A stretch of 64,000 nucleotides of DNA from an uncultured delta proteobacterium (lineage in GTDB: Bacteria > Myxococcota > Myxococcia > SLRQ01), in NCBI GenBank assembly GCA_963727485.1, contig CAVSGM010000009.1:128001-192000 (forward strand), read 5' to 3'. This document shows, one piece after another, positions 49,109 through 59,507 of this stretch (its first letter is position 1; each line of letters starts with the position of its first letter). The position numbers and the translations under genes were made by a program. Below the pieces are notes generated by a model that saw only the letters and a list, made by a program, of their open reading frames with translations, had not been told where the DNA came from and did not search any database.

Positions 49109-50236
49109 TCACCCTAGCAGGCCCCCGGTGAACGCGGAAGCCTCGCCTTCGCCGGCCAGGTCCGCGGCGAAGCGCTGCACCGCCGCCGCCACCCGCGCCT
49201 CCATCGCCAACCGGTCGCCGGCCTCGGGGGTGAGATCGAGGACCCGGTGCGGGGGATCGTCGTGGCCCCAGCGGACCGGGTCCATGTGCAGGAAGAGGCC
49301 CAGGGTCGGCGCCCCCACGGCCACCGAGAGGTGCATGGGGCCGGTGTTGTTGCAGAGGGTGCACCCCGCCGCGGCCATCAGCGCCCCCAGGGCGTCGAGA
49401 TCCGTCGGCGGCGCCAGGCGTGCCCCCGGGGCGGCGTCGACCACGAAGCGGGCGAGGCCCTCCTCGTCGGGCCCCCAGGTCACCAGGGGGCGGCGGCCCG
49501 CCTCGAGGAGGGCCCGGCAGGCGGCGGCGAAGACCTCCGGCGGGATGCGCCGCCAGCCCAGGCGCCCCCCGGGGTTGACCACCGCGTGGGGCGTCGACGA
49601 GAGCGCCCGGGCGAGCTCGGCGAGGTCCCCGGTGAGCTCCACCGGCCGGTGGGAGAGCGCGGGCGTGGGGGTGAGCCCGGTGAGGGGGGCCAGCAGCGCC
49701 AGGCGCTGGTCGACCTCGTGACGGGTGTGGGCCAGGGGGGGCACCGGGTGGGTGCGCAGGGCGCCGACGGGCCACACGGCCGGTCCGAGGACCGCCGACC
49801 GGGGCCCGGCGAGGCGCGCCACCAGCGCCGAGGTCACCGCCGGCTCCGCCCAGTTCCCGCAGTCGACCACCACGTCGAAGGCGAGGTCGCGCAGCGCCCG
49901 GATCCCCGGGGCGAAGGGCCCGCGCCAGCGGCCCTGGGGGGCGAGGACGTGGAGGCAATCCACCGCCGGGTGGCCCTCGAGGATCCGCGCGACCTTCGGG
50001 TGCACCACCACGTGCACCGCCGGCCGCGGGTCCCGGGTGTGGAGGGTGGCCAGGAGCGGCGTGAGGAGGAGCGCCTCGCCCACCCGGTCGTCGACACGCA
50101 CCAGGAGCACCTTCCGGGCCCGGGCCAGGGCCGCGTCCGCCGCATCCCGGCGCCAGGGCCGCCACAGCAGCACGGCGGCGACCAGCGCCAGGAGGCGCTT
50201 GCCGCTCCGCTCCAGGGCCTTGAGGAACGCCCGCAC
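49109..50236 (-). CDS. Glycosyltransferase family 9 (heptosyltransferase-like)
   Basis: DRVGEALL.TP and NNTGPMHLSVAVGAPT motifs; GTG start. Confidence 0.9.
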   Translation of the reverse strand: MRAFLKALERSGKRLLALVAAVLLWRPWRRDAADAALARARKVLLVRVDDRVGEALLLTPLLATLHTRDPRPAVHVVVHPKVARILEGHPAVDCLHVLAPQGRWRGPFAPGIRALRDLAFDVVVDCGNWAEPAVTSALVARLAGPRSAVLGPAVWPVGALRTHPVPPLAHTRHEVDQRLALLAPLTGLTPTPALSHRPVELTGDLAELARALSSTPHAVVNPGGRLGWRRIPPEVFAAACRALLEAGRRPLVTWGPDEEGLARFVVDAAPGARLAPPTDLDALGALMAAAGCTLCNNTGPMHLSVAVGAPTLGLFLHMDPVRWGHDDPPHRVLDLTPEAGDRLAMEARVAAAVQRFAADLAGEGEASAFTGGLLG

Positions 50237-50286
50237 CGGCGCAGCATAGCCTCGCCGGCCCCCGGGCGCGAAGGGGCACGGGGCCC

Positions 50287-50316
50287 TTGCCAGGGCGCCC
50301 GCCCAGCCCGCATGCT
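50287..50316 (+). promoter_or_regulatory. Putative sigma70-type promoter of the GT4 gene
   Basis: TTGCCA-N18-CATGCT. Confidence 0.4.
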
Positions 50317-50326
50317 GCAGCCGCCC

Positions 50327-51454
50327 ATGCGCCCCTTGAAGATCCTCAAGGTCGTCGACGCCTGGAAGTGGTTCGCCGAGGCGGAGCAGATGTACCAGGC
50401 GACCCTGGCCCTGGTGGACCGGGGCCACCGGGTGGCCATCGCCTGCCCGCCCGACTCCCCGGCGGCCGAGCGGGCGAAGGCCCTGGGCCTGCCGACCTAT
50501 GGGCTCCCGGGCCTGCGCCACCCGCGGCTGCCCACCACGCCGCTGCTCAACGTGGCCCGGCTGGTGCGCGCGGTGGAGGACTTCGACCCCGACGTGGTCC
50601 ACGCCTACCGGAGCCCGCCCCACGTCCTCGCCGCCGCGGCCCTGGGCCTGGCCCATGGGCGGCCGGCGCTGGTGCGCACCCGGGCCGGCGCCCAGCCCAT
50701 CACCCGCAACGCCGCCAACCGCGCCCTCTACGATCGCCTCACCGCCGCCACCCTGGTGAGCAGCCAGGCGGTGCGCCGGGACATGGTCGACGCCGGCTTC
50801 GACCCGGCGCGCCTGGTCGCGGTCCCCACGGTGGTCGACCCGGCGCCCCTGGCCGGCGCCGACGGGGCCGCATTCCGGGCGCGCCTGGGCGTCGCCGACG
50901 ACGTCCCGGTGGTCTCGGTGGTCGGGCGCCTCGCCGCGATCAAGGGGCACCGCCACCTGGTCGACGCCCTCCCCGCCCTCGTCGCCCGCCATCCGTCGCT
51001 CACGGTGTGCTTCGCCGGCCCCGAGGCCGACCTGGCCCCGGACACCCTGCGGGATCAGGCCCGCCGGCTCGGGGTCGAGACCCACCTGCGCCTCCTCGGC
51101 GAGGTCGAGGACGTGGGCCCGGTCCTCGCCGGGAGCGACGTGGTGGCCATCTGCTCGGTGGGCTCGGAGGTGATCTCGCGGATCCTCCTGGAGGCCATGG
51201 CCCTCGCCCGCCCGGTGGTCGCGACCACCGTGGGCGTCATCCCCGAGGTCGCCCGGGACCGGGAGACCGCGCGCCTGGTCCCCCCGGGAGATCCCGGGGC
51301 CCTCGCCGGCGCCATCGGCGACCTCCTCGCCGACCGGGCGGCGGCGGCGACCCTCGGCGAGGCGGCGGCGGCGGCGGTCCGGGCGGGCCACCTCCCCGCG
51401 CACCTCGCCGCGGCCCTCGAGGCGGTCTACGGCCGGGTGGCGCCGGGGCCCTGA
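50327..51454 (+). CDS. Glycosyltransferase family 4
   Basis: VGRLAAIKGH and SE...RILLEAMALARPVV motifs. An alternative start lies at 50312. Confidence 0.9.
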   Translation: MRPLKILKVVDAWKWFAEAEQMYQATLALVDRGHRVAIACPPDSPAAERAKALGLPTYGLPGLRHPRLPTTPLLNVARLVRAVEDFDPDVVHAYRSPPHVLAAAALGLAHGRPALVRTRAGAQPITRNAANRALYDRLTAATLVSSQAVRRDMVDAGFDPARLVAVPTVVDPAPLAGADGAAFRARLGVADDVPVVSVVGRLAAIKGHRHLVDALPALVARHPSLTVCFAGPEADLAPDTLRDQARRLGVETHLRLLGEVEDVGPVLAGSDVVAICSVGSEVISRILLEAMALARPVVATTVGVIPEVARDRETARLVPPGDPGALAGAIGDLLADRAAAATLGEAAAAAVRAGHLPAHLAAALEAVYGRVAPGP

Positions 51455-51521
51455 CCTGCGCGGATCGTCGCGCGGGTCCCCGCGCGGGCCGGGGCGGAGG
51501 CTGCCCGGGCCCCGACGGACG

Positions 51522-51555
51522 AAAAAAGGGCGGGCCGCCGTGAGGCGACCCGCCC
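51522..51555 (-). terminator. Intrinsic terminator downstream of the USP gene
   Basis: Stem GGGCGGG.CGCC/GGCG.CCCGCCC followed by T6 on the minus strand. Confidence 0.8.
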
Positions 51556-51626
51556 GGGGAGAAATCGGGTGGTAGATGCCGGCCGTCCCCCGCGAGCAGC
51601 CGGCACCCAATCCCACCCGCTTCCGT

Positions 51627-52106
51627 TCAGGGCCGAAGCTCCAGGAGCTGCGCACCCTGCCCCATGTCCGGGACGAACACCGGGCGGTTCGCCCGCGCGC
51701 GCACGCGCTCGGCGACGCTCCCCAGCATCCACCGCGCCAGACCGCGGTGGTGCCGGGGACCCAGGACGATGGCATCGGCCTGCACCCTGCGGGCCTCCTC
51801 GAGGATCACGATGGCGGGCTCGCCAAGCTGCAGGACCCCCTCCGCCGTCCCGCGGTCGACCGCCTCGCCAATGAGGCGCTCGAGCCGGAGCCGTGCGGTC
51901 TCCACCGCGTACTCCGCGAGCGCTTCCACCGAGGCATCCGCCTCCTCGGGTGACCGGCCCGCCAACATCGGCAGCCTGACCACGTGCAGCGCGGTCACGG
52001 TCCCCCCGGATGACCGCGCCAGCTCGAAGGCGCGCTTCAGTGTCAGCCCGCTGTGATCGCAGAGCGCGACCGCCGCGAGCACCCGTCTGTATCCCCCGTG
52101 TGCCAT
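51627..52106 (-). CDS. Universal stress protein
   Basis: YRRVLAAV, ALHVV, GEPA..I, ADAIVLG and LGSVAERV...ANRPV motifs. Confidence 0.9.
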   Translation of the reverse strand: MAHGGYRRVLAAVALCDHSGLTLKRAFELARSSGGTVTALHVVRLPMLAGRSPEEADASVEALAEYAVETARLRLERLIGEAVDRGTAEGVLQLGEPAIVILEEARRVQADAIVLGPRHHRGLARWMLGSVAERVRARANRPVFVPDMGQGAQLLELRP

Positions 52107-52127
52107 GTTCACCCCCGCCGGCTACCC

Positions 52128-52143
52128 ATCAAGAACCGTGCCC
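52128..52143 (-). promoter_or_regulatory. Putative sigma54 promoter of the USP gene
   Basis: GGGCAC-GGTTC-TTGAT, about 20 nt before the ATG. Confidence 0.5.
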
Positions 52144-52233
52144 GGTCCCGAGGCGTTCCCGAGGGCGCTTTTTCGCCCGTTCGCGGCAAGCGGTGCCCTG
52201 CGTGGGGTCCACGGCGTGCACATCGTGCCGGGG

Positions 52234-53664
<1,431 letters not shown>

Positions 53665-53846
53665 AGCCCCCCGAGAATCACCCACGTAGGGTCGGGAGCC
53701 ATGAACAGCAACCCCCAATCCCTCTCGGGTACCTCCCCCTGCGCGGTACTCCCCCTAGGCAGGGTCTGCACCGTGACGAAGGAAATCTAGCACACGGGAC
53801 CTCCCAAGCACATGGGGTCTTCCCGACCCGCGGGCCGGTGGCGACG

Positions 53847-53862
53847 TGGCACATGGCGTGCA
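53847..53862 (+). promoter_or_regulatory. sigma54 promoter of the hemerythrin-like gene
   Basis: TGGCAC-ATGGC-GTGCA, followed by an AAGGGGG RBS and ATG at 53887. Confidence 0.65.
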
Positions 53863-53886
53863 GAAAGTATCCGCAAGGGGGACGTG

Positions 53887-54349
53887 ATGCAGACACAACC
53901 GCAGACGCAGCAACGGGGTCGGCGGCGGCGGGGGCGGCGGGTGCCGGATCTCTGGGTGCTCCTGGCACGGATTCGAGTGGGGGCTCCGGCCGCCGGGGGT
54001 GCTCTCGGCGAGCCAGCAGCCGTGGCTCGCCGCGCAGCTTCGGGACCTGGAGCGGATGCTCGACGCTCGCTTTGCCGAGGAGGAGGACGCCTCGCCGCTC
54101 TACCGCGAGGTGCCGATCCAGGAGCCTCGCCTCGCACCCCACGTCGAGACCCTGCGCCGGGACCACCCGACCCTCCGGGGCTGGCTCCACCGCCTGGTGG
54201 AGGTGGCCAGCCTGCCCCCGGACCCGGTGCTCCTCGCCACCCTCACCGCCGAGGTCCGCGACCTGCTCCGGGCGGTGCGACGGCACGAGCGCTCCGAGGA
54301 GGAGACCCTCCAGGACGCGGTGGGGACCGACATCCCCGCGACCGACTGA
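53887..54349 (+). CDS. Hemerythrin-like (HHE) protein, apparently frameshifted at a G5 run (53979-53983)
   Basis: RFAEEE, LRRDH and HERSEE motifs. Removing one G joins ATG 53887 to the downstream frame, giving 153 aa. Confidence 0.65.
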
Positions 54350-54379
54350 CCCGCGCCCCGCCCCCGAGGACCGGGCGCC

Positions 54380-54874
54380 CTACCCGCCCTTGAGGCGCGC
54401 GAGGAGGTCGGAGGTGGCGTGGTCCTTGGGGTCGCCGGCGATGGCGACCCGGCCGCCGACGGCGCGCACCGCCTCGGCCTCGGGGACGGTGTCCTCGGTG
54501 TAGTCGGTGCCCTTCACGTGGAGGTCCGGGCGCACCGCCTCGATGACCGGGACCACGTCGAGGGTGTCGAAGACCACCACGTGGTCCACGCAGCCCAGGG
54601 CGGCGACGAGCTCGGCGCGCTCGCCCTCGGGGACCACCGGGCGCCCCTCCCCCTTGAGGGCGCGCACCGAGGTGTCGGCGTTCACCGCGACCACCAGGAC
54701 GTCGGCCAGCGCCCGCGCGCCCTCGAGGTAGCGGACGTGGCCCACGTGGAGGAGGTCGAAGGCCCCGTTGGCGAGCGCCACCGTGCGGCCGGCCTCGCGG
54801 TGGGCCCGGCAGGCGTCGGCGACGGCGGCCAGGGAGGCAATCTTTTCCCGGCTCGAGGCGAGCGAGGGGGCCAT
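54380..54874 (-). CDS. rfaE2: Heptose-1-phosphate adenylyltransferase (HldE C-terminal type)
   Basis: ANGAFDLLHVGHVRYL, KGEGRP, KGTDY. Confidence 0.92.
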   Translation of the reverse strand: MAPSLASSREKIASLAAVADACRAHREAGRTVALANGAFDLLHVGHVRYLEGARALADVLVVAVNADTSVRALKGEGRPVVPEGERAELVAALGCVDHVVVFDTLDVVPVIEAVRPDLHVKGTDYTEDTVPEAEAVRAVGGRVAIAGDPKDHATSDLLARLKGG

Positions 54875-55884
54875 CAGGGGACCTCCGTGCCGCCGGCGAG
54901 GGCGTCGGCAAGCTCTGCCGGGTCCAGGGTGGCGGTCCCAGGCTTCTGGACCACCAGGCCCCCGGCGACGTTGGCGAGGCGCGCGGCCACGGGCCACCCG
55001 GCCCCGGCGGCGGCGGCGGCGGCGAGGGTGGCGAGCACCGTGTCCCCGGCGCCGGTGACGTCCACCGCCTCGGGGGGCCCGAAGACCGGGAGGTGCAGGG
55101 CCCGGCCGGTGCGCGGCTGGAAGGTGAGGCCGGCGTGGCCCCGGGTGACCAGCACCGCCTCGACCCCCAGGTGCCGGGCGAGGTGGCGGGCTGCCCGGGC
55201 GGCGCTGGCGGCGTCGGTCACCCGGCGGCCGCTGGCGGCCTCGAGCTCGGGGGTGTTGGGCTTGAGGAGGGTGGCGCCGGCGTAGCGCGGGAGGTCGTAG
55301 CGCGAGTCCACCAGCAGCGGCGTGTCGCCGGCGGCGCGGCAGAGGTCCCGGACCAGGGGCCGGGCGAGGGCCCCGAGGCCGTAGTCGGAGACCACCACCA
55401 CGTCGGCCCGGGGGAGCGCCTTCGCCACCGCGGCCCGGAGGCGCGCCACCGCGTCCGGGGGGACCTCGTGCCCATTGGCGCCGCGGTCGAGGCGGAGGAC
55501 CTGCTGGGGCGTGGTGGACAGGCCGCCGGCGAGGATCCGGGTCTTGGTGGCCGTGGGGTGGCCCGGCACCCGGACCACGCCGGACACCGAGGCGCCGCGA
55601 TCCCGGAGCCGCCCGACGAGCTCGGCGCCGGCCTCGTCGTCGCCCACCACCCCGACCACGGTGCACCGGGCGCCGTAGGCGCGGAGGCCGGCGGCGACGT
55701 TGGCGGCGCCCCCGAGGACCCGCTCCCGGCGCGTCTCCCGGACCACCACCACCGGGGCCTCGCGGCTGATGCGGTCGGACAGACCGTAGACGTACTCGTC
55801 GAGGACGAGGTCCCCAACCAGGAGCACCCTGGCGCGCTCGAGCTTCGCGGGCCAGGGTGCGAGGGCGTCGGTGGCACGGGCCAT
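54874..55884 (-). CDS. rfaE1: Heptose-7-phosphate kinase (HldE N-terminal type)
   Basis: GD..LDEY..G...RISREAP, GGAANVA, SDYG.G, DVTGAGDT. Confidence 0.92.
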   Translation of the reverse strand: MARATDALAPWPAKLERARVLLVGDLVLDEYVYGLSDRISREAPVVVVRETRRERVLGGAANVAAGLRAYGARCTVVGVVGDDEAGAELVGRLRDRGASVSGVVRVPGHPTATKTRILAGGLSTTPQQVLRLDRGANGHEVPPDAVARLRAAVAKALPRADVVVVSDYGLGALARPLVRDLCRAAGDTPLLVDSRYDLPRYAGATLLKPNTPELEAASGRRVTDAASAARAARHLARHLGVEAVLVTRGHAGLTFQPRTGRALHLPVFGPPEAVDVTGAGDTVLATLAAAAAAGAGWPVAARLANVAGGLVVQKPGTATLDPAELADALAGGTEVP

Positions 55885-55890
55885 GGCCGG

Positions 55891-55919
55891 GTCGTAGCCG
55901 ATGGCCCGGCCCCGGTCAA
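55891..55919 (-). promoter_or_regulatory. sigma70-type promoter, leaderless geometry
   Basis: TTGACC-N17-TACGAC, then 6 nt to the ATG at 55884. Confidence 0.6.
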
Positions 55920-55932
55920 ACGCGCGCGCGCA

Positions 55933-57360
55933 TCACACCCGGGCTTCGGAGGCGTCCGCCCCCGGCGGCGGGTAGACTGCGCCGGACGTGGGCCGGGGCT
56001 GGTTGCCGAAGCGGGCGAGGATCACCGAGCCCACGCCGGCCAGCGACGCCACCAACCCGACGATGGCCCCGATCCAGCCCACCCAGGGGAGCTGGGCGAA
56101 GAGGGTCACCCCGAAGAACACCGCGGTGCCCAGGAGCAGGTCGATGGCCGGGGTGTGGCGCATCTGCGGCAGGAGGCGGCGGCCCACGGCCATGCCGATC
56201 ACCGTCCACCCGGCGAAGAAGATCGCCGCGTAGGCGAGGAGGAGCACCGGGATCACCAGGATGCCGATGACGCTCACCGCCAGGAGGATCACCAGGGGCA
56301 CGAAGGCCAGCGCCGCGAGGAAGCCCGCCAGCAGCGCCTTGCCCGGGGTGGTCGCCAGCGGCCGGCGCATCCGGTCCACGCGCCGGGGGAGCATGGCGAT
56401 GAGGAGCAGGCCGACGACCAGGATCACCACCGCCTGCACCGTCGCCATCAGGATGGAGAGGAAGAAGCGCGCCACCGGGCCCGGCCCGCCCTCCTCGGCG
56501 GCGGCGTGGCCGATCGCCCGGCCGAGGTGGCCGAGGCCCGGGACCTTGGGGCCGATGCCCACCCGCGAGCCATGGATGGTGGCGCCCGGGTCCACGTCGA
56601 TGGAGCCGCCGAAGGTGCTGGTGTCGCCCATCACCGTGGCGCCCTTGGACACGTGGACCGAGCCGCCGAAGGCGACCACGTCGCCCTGGACGGTGACGTC
56701 CGGCTCGATCTCCACGGTGCCCCCGAAGGCCACCGCGTCGCCATGGACCACCGCGCCCGTCTTCACGGTGACGGTGCCGCCGAAGGCGACCACGTCCTTC
56801 ACGTCCTCGCCGGCGGTGACGGTGATGCTGTTACCCATGGCCACCCGGTCCCGGGGGTCGTTGCCGAGGCCCCGGGGCAGGTGGGGCACCTTGGGCATGC
56901 CGGGCACCTTGGGCATGTCGGGCATCTTGGGCATGTCGGGCATCTTCGGCATCGGGGGCATGGGCGGCATGGCGCCCGGAGCGGTCCCCGAGGCGCCGCC
57001 GCCCGCCCCGCCCGCCCCGCCCGCCTTGGCCGCCTTGGCGGCCTTGGCGGCCTTGGCGGCCTTGGCGGCCTCGGCGGCGGCGCGGGCCTCGGCGGCGTGG
57101 CTGGCGGCCTCCGCCTGGGCCTCGGCGGCCTCGGCGGCCTTCTGCGCCTTCGCGGCCTCGAGGGCCTTGGCCTCGGCGACGGCCTTGGCCTTGGCGGCGG
57201 CGGCCCGGGCGGCCTCGAGGTGGGCCTGGGCCGCCTGGTCGTCGGCCTGGGCGGCCTGGGCGGTCTGGGCGGTCTGGGTGGCGGCGCCCCCGCCCTGGGC
57301 GAGGGCCGGGGTGCCGACGGCGGCCGCGGCGAGGAGGATGGCGAAGGTTCGGATCATCAT
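55933..57360 (-). CDS. Exported beta-helix-repeat (polymer-forming/bactofilin-like) membrane protein
   Basis: Signal peptide, Ala/Lys and Pro/Met linkers, four 19-aa GD.V.FGG repeats, multi-TM C-terminus. Confidence 0.8.
   Translation of the reverse strand: MMIRTFAILLAAAAVGTPALAQGGGAATQTAQTAQAAQADDQAAQAHLEAARAAAAKAKAVAEAKALEAAKAQKAAEAAEAQAEAASHAAEARAAAEAAKAAKAAKAAKAAKAGGAGGAGGGASGTAPGAMPPMPPMPKMPDMPKMPDMPKVPGMPKVPHLPRGLGNDPRDRVAMGNSITVTAGEDVKDVVAFGGTVTVKTGAVVHGDAVAFGGTVEIEPDVTVQGDVVAFGGSVHVSKGATVMGDTSTFGGSIDVDPGATIHGSRVGIGPKVPGLGHLGRAIGHAAAEEGGPGPVARFFLSILMATVQAVVILVVGLLLIAMLPRRVDRMRRPLATTPGKALLAGFLAALAFVPLVILLAVSVIGILVIPVLLLAYAAIFFAGWTVIGMAVGRRLLPQMRHTPAIDLLLGTAVFFGVTLFAQLPWVGWIGAIVGLVASLAGVGSVILARFGNQPRPTSGAVYPPPGADASEARV
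56885..57070 (-). repeat. Coding tandem repeats (PKM/PDM)n and (AAK)x5
   Basis: 9-bp unit ccttggcgg repeated at 57024-57068; 9/18-bp ggcat-containing units at 56885-56970. Confidence 0.85.
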
Positions 57361-57385
57361 GGGGACCTCAAGGGTGATTCGGACG

Positions 57386-57913
57386 TCAGGCGATGTCGGC
57401 CATGGGCTCGGCCTGCATCCCGCGCACGAGGCGGGTGAAGCCGAAGGCCAGGAGGCCAAGGAAGAGGAGCTGGGCGATGACCAGGGACGCCCCGGCGACC
57501 GGGGGCAGGGCCCCGAGGAGGTCGCCGAGGTAGGTCTGGACCTTGGCCACCGAGGCGAAGGCCTGGGCGCCGTCGACCAGGACGCCGGCGACGGTGCCGC
57601 CCCCCAGAAGCCAGGCGACCCCCAGGCCGACGGTGGCGAGGACCGCGGCGAGGCCGGCGAGGAGGGGCACCCGCGAGGGATGGGTCTGTGGCGCCACCGC
57701 GGCCTCGACCCGGGCCATGACCTCGGGGACGAAGGCGGCGTCGGGGACCGGATCGACGAGCTCGTCGAGGCCCGCGAAGAGGACCCGGTAGGCGTCCACG
57801 GCCTCGGCGCAGCGGTCGCAGGTCACCACGTGGGACCGGGCGGCGTCGTCCTCGAGACCCGCGGCGAGGGCCTGGAGGAGCTCATCGTCGAGGTGGAGGG
57901 TGTCGGTGGTCAT
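57386..57913 (-). CDS. Zinc-finger (ZAS) membrane anti-sigma factor
   Basis: HL...HVVTCDRC (HxxxCxxC) plus two TM helices; overlaps the sigma gene stop. Confidence 0.85.
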   Translation of the reverse strand: MTTDTLHLDDELLQALAAGLEDDAARSHVVTCDRCAEAVDAYRVLFAGLDELVDPVPDAAFVPEVMARVEAAVAPQTHPSRVPLLAGLAAVLATVGLGVAWLLGGGTVAGVLVDGAQAFASVAKVQTYLGDLLGALPPVAGASLVIAQLLFLGLLAFGFTRLVRGMQAEPMADIA

Positions 57914-58524
57914 CGGGTCACTCCTTCGGCGGCCAGGGCGTCCTTGAGGGCCGCCCGGGCCCGGTACAGCCAGGTCATCACCGTCCCCTGGGGACGGCCG
58001 AGGATCTCGGCGATCTCCTTCACCGGCCGCTCCTGGACGTGGTGCAGGACCACGACCTCGCGGTAGTTCTCCGGGAGCGCGGCCAGGGCGGCCTCGAGGC
58101 GCCCGCCCTCCTGGCTGGCGACGAGGCTCTCCTCGGCGTCGGGGGCGGCGTCGGCGAGGCGCCCCAGGGTCAGCTCGGGATCGTCCGGCGCCACGTCGCC
58201 CTTGCGCACCGCCCGGCGCCGGGCCCGGTCGCGGACCTGGTTCCTGGCGATGGTCAGGATCCAGGGCGCGAAGGCCCGCTCGGGATCGTAGCGGTCGAGG
58301 TTGAGGAACGCCTTCACGAAGACCTCCTGGGCGATGTCCCGGGCCTCCTCGGGTCTCCCGAGGAGCCGGACCGCCAGGCCGTAGACGGGGCGCTGGTAGC
58401 GCTGGACGAGGACCTCGAAGGCCCGCCGGTCCCCGTCCCGGGCCCGGAGGCAGAGATCCGCGTCGGATGGGGGGTTGTCCTCCACCCTGGGGTCCAACAC
58501 GGGACGCTCGATGCGCGCTGCCAT
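57910..58524 (-). CDS. ECF RNA polymerase sigma factor
   Basis: GDRRAFE.LV.RY, DIAQEVF, F.PW...IARN and EIAEILG.P.GTV...L.RAR motifs. Confidence 0.95.
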   Translation of the reverse strand: MAARIERPVLDPRVEDNPPSDADLCLRARDGDRRAFEVLVQRYQRPVYGLAVRLLGRPEEARDIAQEVFVKAFLNLDRYDPERAFAPWILTIARNQVRDRARRRAVRKGDVAPDDPELTLGRLADAAPDAEESLVASQEGGRLEAALAALPENYREVVVLHHVQERPVKEIAEILGRPQGTVMTWLYRARAALKDALAAEGVTR

Positions 58525-58543
58525 TGCCCACACACCCCGTTCC

Positions 58544-58569
58544 TACGCACCCGCCCCGGGGCCATTTCA
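58544..58569 (-). promoter_or_regulatory. ECF-type autoregulatory promoter
   Basis: TGAAAT-N16-CGTA, about 20 nt upstream of the sigma ATG. Confidence 0.6.
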
Positions 58570-58652
58570 CCAGCCGGCCCCCGGGCCGCGCCCAGGGGTG
58601 GGATCGTTCCCGCCGTTGGCGACGAGAGTCTAGGCGATCCGGTGGGTTCGGG

Positions 58653-59507
58653 CTACGCGGGCCGGGTCTTCCACCGCCGGTGGAGCCAGAGCCAGTGGTC
58701 CGGGTAGCGGCGGATCCAGTCCTCGAGGATGGCGTTGAGGCGGGCGGTGTTGTGGCGGACGTTCTCCGCCCGGTCCTCCGACACCTGCTCGTAGGTGTAG
58801 GGCTCGACCACCAGCCGGTGGCGCCCCCCGGGGAGGCGGACGGCGAAGGCGGTGACGATGGGGGCGCCGGTGCGCTCGGCCATCACCGCCGGGACCGTGA
58901 GGGTCGACGCCAGGGTCCCGAAGAAGGGCACGAAGATGCCCCTCGGGGGCCGCATGTTCTGGTCGATGACCACCCCCAGGACCTCGTTGCGCCGGAGGAC
59001 CTGGAGGATCTGGCGCACCGAGTTCCGGTCGGGGATCTCGTGGAGCCCCGCCTGCCGCCGCGCGTCCTTCCAGTAGGCGTTGATCTTCCGCTGGCTCATC
59101 TTCCGGGTGATGACGTGGAGCGGGAGCCCCAGGATCGCCGTGGCGGTGGCGAGCATCTCCCAGTTGCCGAAGTGGGCGGTGGCGACGATGAGGCCCTTGC
59201 CCTCGGCGAGCGCCGCCTCGGCGTGGTGCCAGCCCTCGATCTCGAAGGTCTCCCGGACCTCCTCGGGGGTCATCCGCGGGGAGCGGAGGAACTCCACGGT
59301 CAGCAGGCCGAGGTTCCGGTAGGTGCGCCGGGCGATCTCCACCCGCTCGGCCTCGGTCTTCTCGGGGAAGGCCCGGCGGAGGTTGTCGAGGACGATGCCC
59401 CGGCGGATGCGGAGCACGTGGAAGGTGAGGGCGCCGACCGCGCGGCCGATGGCGAGGCACACGGCCAGCGGCAGGGCGTGGAAGAACCAGGTGATGAAGC
59501 GCCCCAT
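58653..59507 (-). CDS. lpxL: Lipid A late acyltransferase (LpxL/HtrB family)
   Basis: HFGNWE, DQ, FVPFFG and YPDHWLWLHRRWK motifs. Confidence 0.9.
   Translation of the reverse strand: MGRFITWFFHALPLAVCLAIGRAVGALTFHVLRIRRGIVLDNLRRAFPEKTEAERVEIARRTYRNLGLLTVEFLRSPRMTPEEVRETFEIEGWHHAEAALAEGKGLIVATAHFGNWEMLATATAILGLPLHVITRKMSQRKINAYWKDARRQAGLHEIPDRNSVRQILQVLRRNEVLGVVIDQNMRPPRGIFVPFFGTLASTLTVPAVMAERTGAPIVTAFAVRLPGGRHRLVVEPYTYEQVSEDRAENVRHNTARLNAILEDWIRRYPDHWLWLHRRWKTRPA

Noticed and set aside
56885..57070. Short periodic repeats as a possible CRISPR array
   Set aside because: 9/18-bp in-frame coding repeats with no unique spacers and no cas genes.
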